This document shows positions 59,738-62,683 of a stretch of DNA of 62,683 nucleotides, one piece after another. Origin of the DNA: Scyliorhinus canicula (lineage: Eukaryota); the NCBI RefSeq assembly GCF_902713615.1, contig NC_052146.1, positions 69,460,555 through 69,523,237 on the forward strand, given 5' to 3'. The translations under genes and the position numbers were made by a program. The notes beneath the pieces are model-generated. The model had not been told where the DNA came from. It did not search any database and saw nothing but the letters and a program-made list of their open reading frames with translations. How positions within the stretch are numbered: the stretch's first letter is position 1; each line of letters starts with the position of its first letter.

Positions 59738-59995
59738 CAACATAAGAAATAGCAGCAGGCGGAGGCAGGTTGACACCTGAACCTGCTCCAACATTCAATA
59801 AGGTTTTATTTTATCGCCTTAATTCTACTTTCCTGCCTGCCTCCCATTGCTATTGATGCTCCTGTAGATCAAAAATCTGTGTCACTCTGCCTTGAATGCA
59901 CACAATGATCCAGCGGATTTTAAAGGTTACTCATTCTCCGTGACCATAAATTATTCCTCGTCTCTGTCTCAAATGGGAGACACCTTATTTTGAGA
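59738..59995 (-). mobile_element. Decayed CR1 3' end
   Basis: AACATAAGAAATAG terminal motif and CR1 3' UTR remnants. Confidence 0.6.
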
Positions 59996-60314
59996 GGCAA
60001 TGGGAAGGGGGTACTGACACAGGCTTTGAGACAGGCTCCTTGCTGCTAAAGAACGCTAAAGATCCGACACGGTGTGAGTCGTACAGGCCTATAACGCTAA
60101 TGAATGTGGATGCAAAGATATTGGTGAAGGAGTTGGCAGTTAGTTTGGAGGAGTGCCCCCAGAAGGTGATAGAGGAGGACCAGATGGGGTTCGTGAAACG
60201 GAGGCCATTTTCGAATTTGAGGAGGGTTTTGAATGTGGTTATAGCACCAGCAGAGGGGAGAAAGAGAGAGGTGGTGGTTGCACTGGAGGCATTTGATCGG
60301 GTATTTAATGGCGG

Positions 60315-60914
60315 TGTTATGGGCCAGGGTTTAGAGAACCCCAAAGTGTATCATGGAATTCACCTGACCCACAACTTTTAATAGATTTTGGTATGGGGAG
60401 CACATGGCGCACTCTACGGGAGTAGTACAGCAGAAATGGAAAAATATTTTTTCAAGCAAAACAATGTTTATTCTATGAACTAAAGTCAACCTTTTAAAAC
60501 ATACAGTGAACATCTTTGCAACCATTAATTCAAATACAACCCCCAAAGAATACAAAACTATGTAACCCTTAATATCTTCCCAAACAACATCCAGAGGACA
60601 AAAGAAACACATTTTAACAGAAGCACATTAGGTTTACATTCACTACTGAGAATATTTATAATTCTAAATTCACCAAATGATCAAGAGATAGTATTTTGAT
60701 GGCAGAGAGAACAGCAGTACACCTGCTTGGTCTGACTTCAGCTCCAGCACTGAAAACGAAACTAAAACACACCCTGCAGCAAACAGCCTAAAATGAAAAT
60801 AAAAAGCTGACAGACATCCCAGCTCCACCCACACTCTGACATCACTGACAAACACCAATTTCTTAAAGGTACATTTCTTAAACACCCATTTCTTAACGGT
60901 ACTTTCACATGAGA
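60315..60914. mobile_element. Solo LTR (600 bp)
   Basis: TGTTAT...ATGAGA termini, perfect 4-bp TSD GCGG (60311-60314 / 60915-60918); removal restores the L1 RT frame. Confidence 0.8.
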
Positions 60915-61197
60915 GCGGTGTTACAGTGGTTTGGGATTGGACCACGATTTGTGGAGTGGGTACGGTTTGTTTAGCTTAAGGCGAGTGCCCGTCCAAATAA
61001 CATGAGTTTGGGATATTTTTCTCTGCATTTCTCTCCCTTCTGTTATTTACACCAGAGATTGAGCCTTTGGCCATCGCATCGAGTTTGGGTGTGTGAAATG
61101 GAATAGTGCAGAGGGGGGAGGGGATGAAACATAGGGTGTCTTTATGCGCGGATGATTTATTATTGTCCGTGTCAGAGCCGACTACGTCGATACGTTT

Positions 61198-61525
61198 GGG
61201 GCCTCACGGTAGCATGGTGGTTAGCATCAATGCTTCACAGCTCCAGGGTCCCAGGTTCGATTCCCGGCTGGGTCACTGTCTGTGTGGAGTCTGCACGTCC
61301 TCCCCGTGTGTGCGTGGGTTTCCTCCGGGTGCTCCGGTTTCCTCCCACAGTCCAAAGATGTGCGGGTTAGGTGGATTGGCCATGCTAAATTGCCCGTAGT
61401 GTAAGGTTAATGGGGGGATTGTTGGGTTACAGGTATAGGGTGGATACGTGGGTTTGAGTAGGGTGATCATTGTTCGGCACAACATTGAGGGCCGAAGGGC
61501 CTGTTCTGTGCTGTACTGTTCTATA
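61198..61525 (+). mobile_element. HE1-like SINE, young full-length
   Basis: Nearly identical to 41265-41582. Confidence 0.9.
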
Positions 61526-61861
61526 TCGGTGCAGACTGGAGCTGCTCCGAGCATTTGTGTCCTTTTCGTGGTACAAGTTAAATTTGGTCAAGAATGAATA
61601 CTTTGGGGTGTCCAAGCCGGTTGGGGGCAGGAGTGAAGGGGGCTGCTATTCCGTCGGGCGACGACCCACTTTAGATATCTGGTGGTGGATGTGGGGCGGG
61701 TCTGGGGGGGGGGGGGGGGGGCTCCGTAGGTACAATTTTCCTAGTTTGGTAGGGAAGGTGAACGCGGACATGGGAAGATGGAATGGTCTTCTCTGTCGCT
61801 GGCAAGTTGGATGCAGGTGATTAAAATTAATTTGTTTCCGCGTTATTTGTTGATATTTCAG

Positions 61862-62625
61862 TGGATTGGATTGGATTGGATTTGTTTATTGTCACGTGTA
61901 CTGAGGTACAGTGAAAAGTATTTTTCTGCGAGCAGCTCAACAGATCATTCAGTACATGGGAAGAAAAGGGAATTAAACAAAATTCAAGAAAATACAAGGA
62001 AATACATAATAGGCCAACACAAGATATACAATGTAACTACATAGCATTGGCATTGGATGGAGCATACAGGGTGTAGTGTTAATGAGGTCAGTCAATAAGA
62101 GGGTCATTTAGGAGTCTGGTGACAGTGGGGAAGAAGCTGCTTTTGAGTCTGTTCATGAGTGTTCTCAGACTTCTGTATCTCCTGCCTGATGGAAGAAGTT
62201 GGAAAAGTGAGTAAGCCGGGTGGGAGGGATCCTTGATTATGCTGCCCGCTTTCCCCCAGCAGCGGGAGGTGTAGATGGAGTCCATGGATGGGAGGCAGGT
62301 TCATGTGATGGACTGGGTGGTATTCACGACTCTCTGAAGTTCATTGCGTTCCTGGGCCGAGCAGTTGCCATACCAGACTGTGATGCAGCCCGATCGGATG
62401 CTTTTTATGGTGCATCTGTAAATGTTGGTAAGGGTTAAGGTGGACATGCCGAATTTCCTTAGTTTCCTGAGGAAATACAGGCGCTGTTGTGCTTTCTTGC
62501 TGATAGCGTCGACGTGCGTGGACCAGGACAAATTTTTGGTGACGTGCACCCCAAGGAATTTGAAACTGCTAACCATCTCCACCTCGGCCCCGTTGATGCT
62601 GACAGGGGTGTGTACAGTACTTTGC
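61862..62625 (-). mobile_element. Rex1/Babar LINE 3' portion
   Basis: ORF 62301-62582: FKFLGVHVTKNLSWSTH...KKAQQRLYFLRKLRKFG...GCITVWYGNCS; (GGATT)n tail. Confidence 0.85.
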
Positions 62626-62683
62626 AGTACAGTGTCTGCCTATCTTTTGACCAAATGCATCTTTTAAGGAGGTGGAGAAGATG

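Larger units (their letters stand above)
59996..61860 (+). mobile_element. L1 RT fragment interrupted by a solo LTR and a SINE
   Basis: CESYRPITLMNVDAK, DQMGFVKRR; resumes YLMAVLQWFGIGPRFVEWVR, then RVSLCADDLLL. Confidence 0.8.

Noticed and set aside
30760-62683. A second Ig V, J or C segment, or another host gene
   Set aside because: I found no WYxQ, YYC, FGxG or C1-set motifs on either strand in the ORF track or by eye outside 26026-30242; very decayed remnants cannot be excluded without TBLASTN.

Overview
Repeat-dense elasmobranch (shark) genomic DNA; the SINE subfamilies suggest a catshark-like species (inference). The only host gene I can support is one apparently intact immunoglobulin light-chain cluster of the cartilaginous-fish type II (lambda) class on the + strand. 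It has an octamer/TATA promoter (25847-25916), leader exon (26026-26074), germline-joined VJ exon (26214-26555), C exon (29920-30242) and AATAAA (30401), giving a 237-aa open reading frame with no RSS. Most of the remainder is nested mobile DNA: CR1, L1, Tx1, Rex1/Babar and L2/CR1-group LINEs; HE1/V-SINE-like and Deu-domain SINEs; two solo LTRs; a Gypsy gag-pol relic; an ERV env relic; and Penelope-type repeats with hammerhead relics. The most interesting unexplained signal is non-coding. A 42-bp tandem array of same-orientation CTCF-core motifs lies about 12 kb upstream of the gene (14080-14310). It sits inside an old colinear duplication whose second copy, carrying a single CTCF-like unit in the same orientation, lies about 13 kb downstream (about 42050-43380). 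The Ig cluster is therefore bracketed by two paralogous candidate boundary modules. TE boundaries are by-eye estimates unless a TSD is given.
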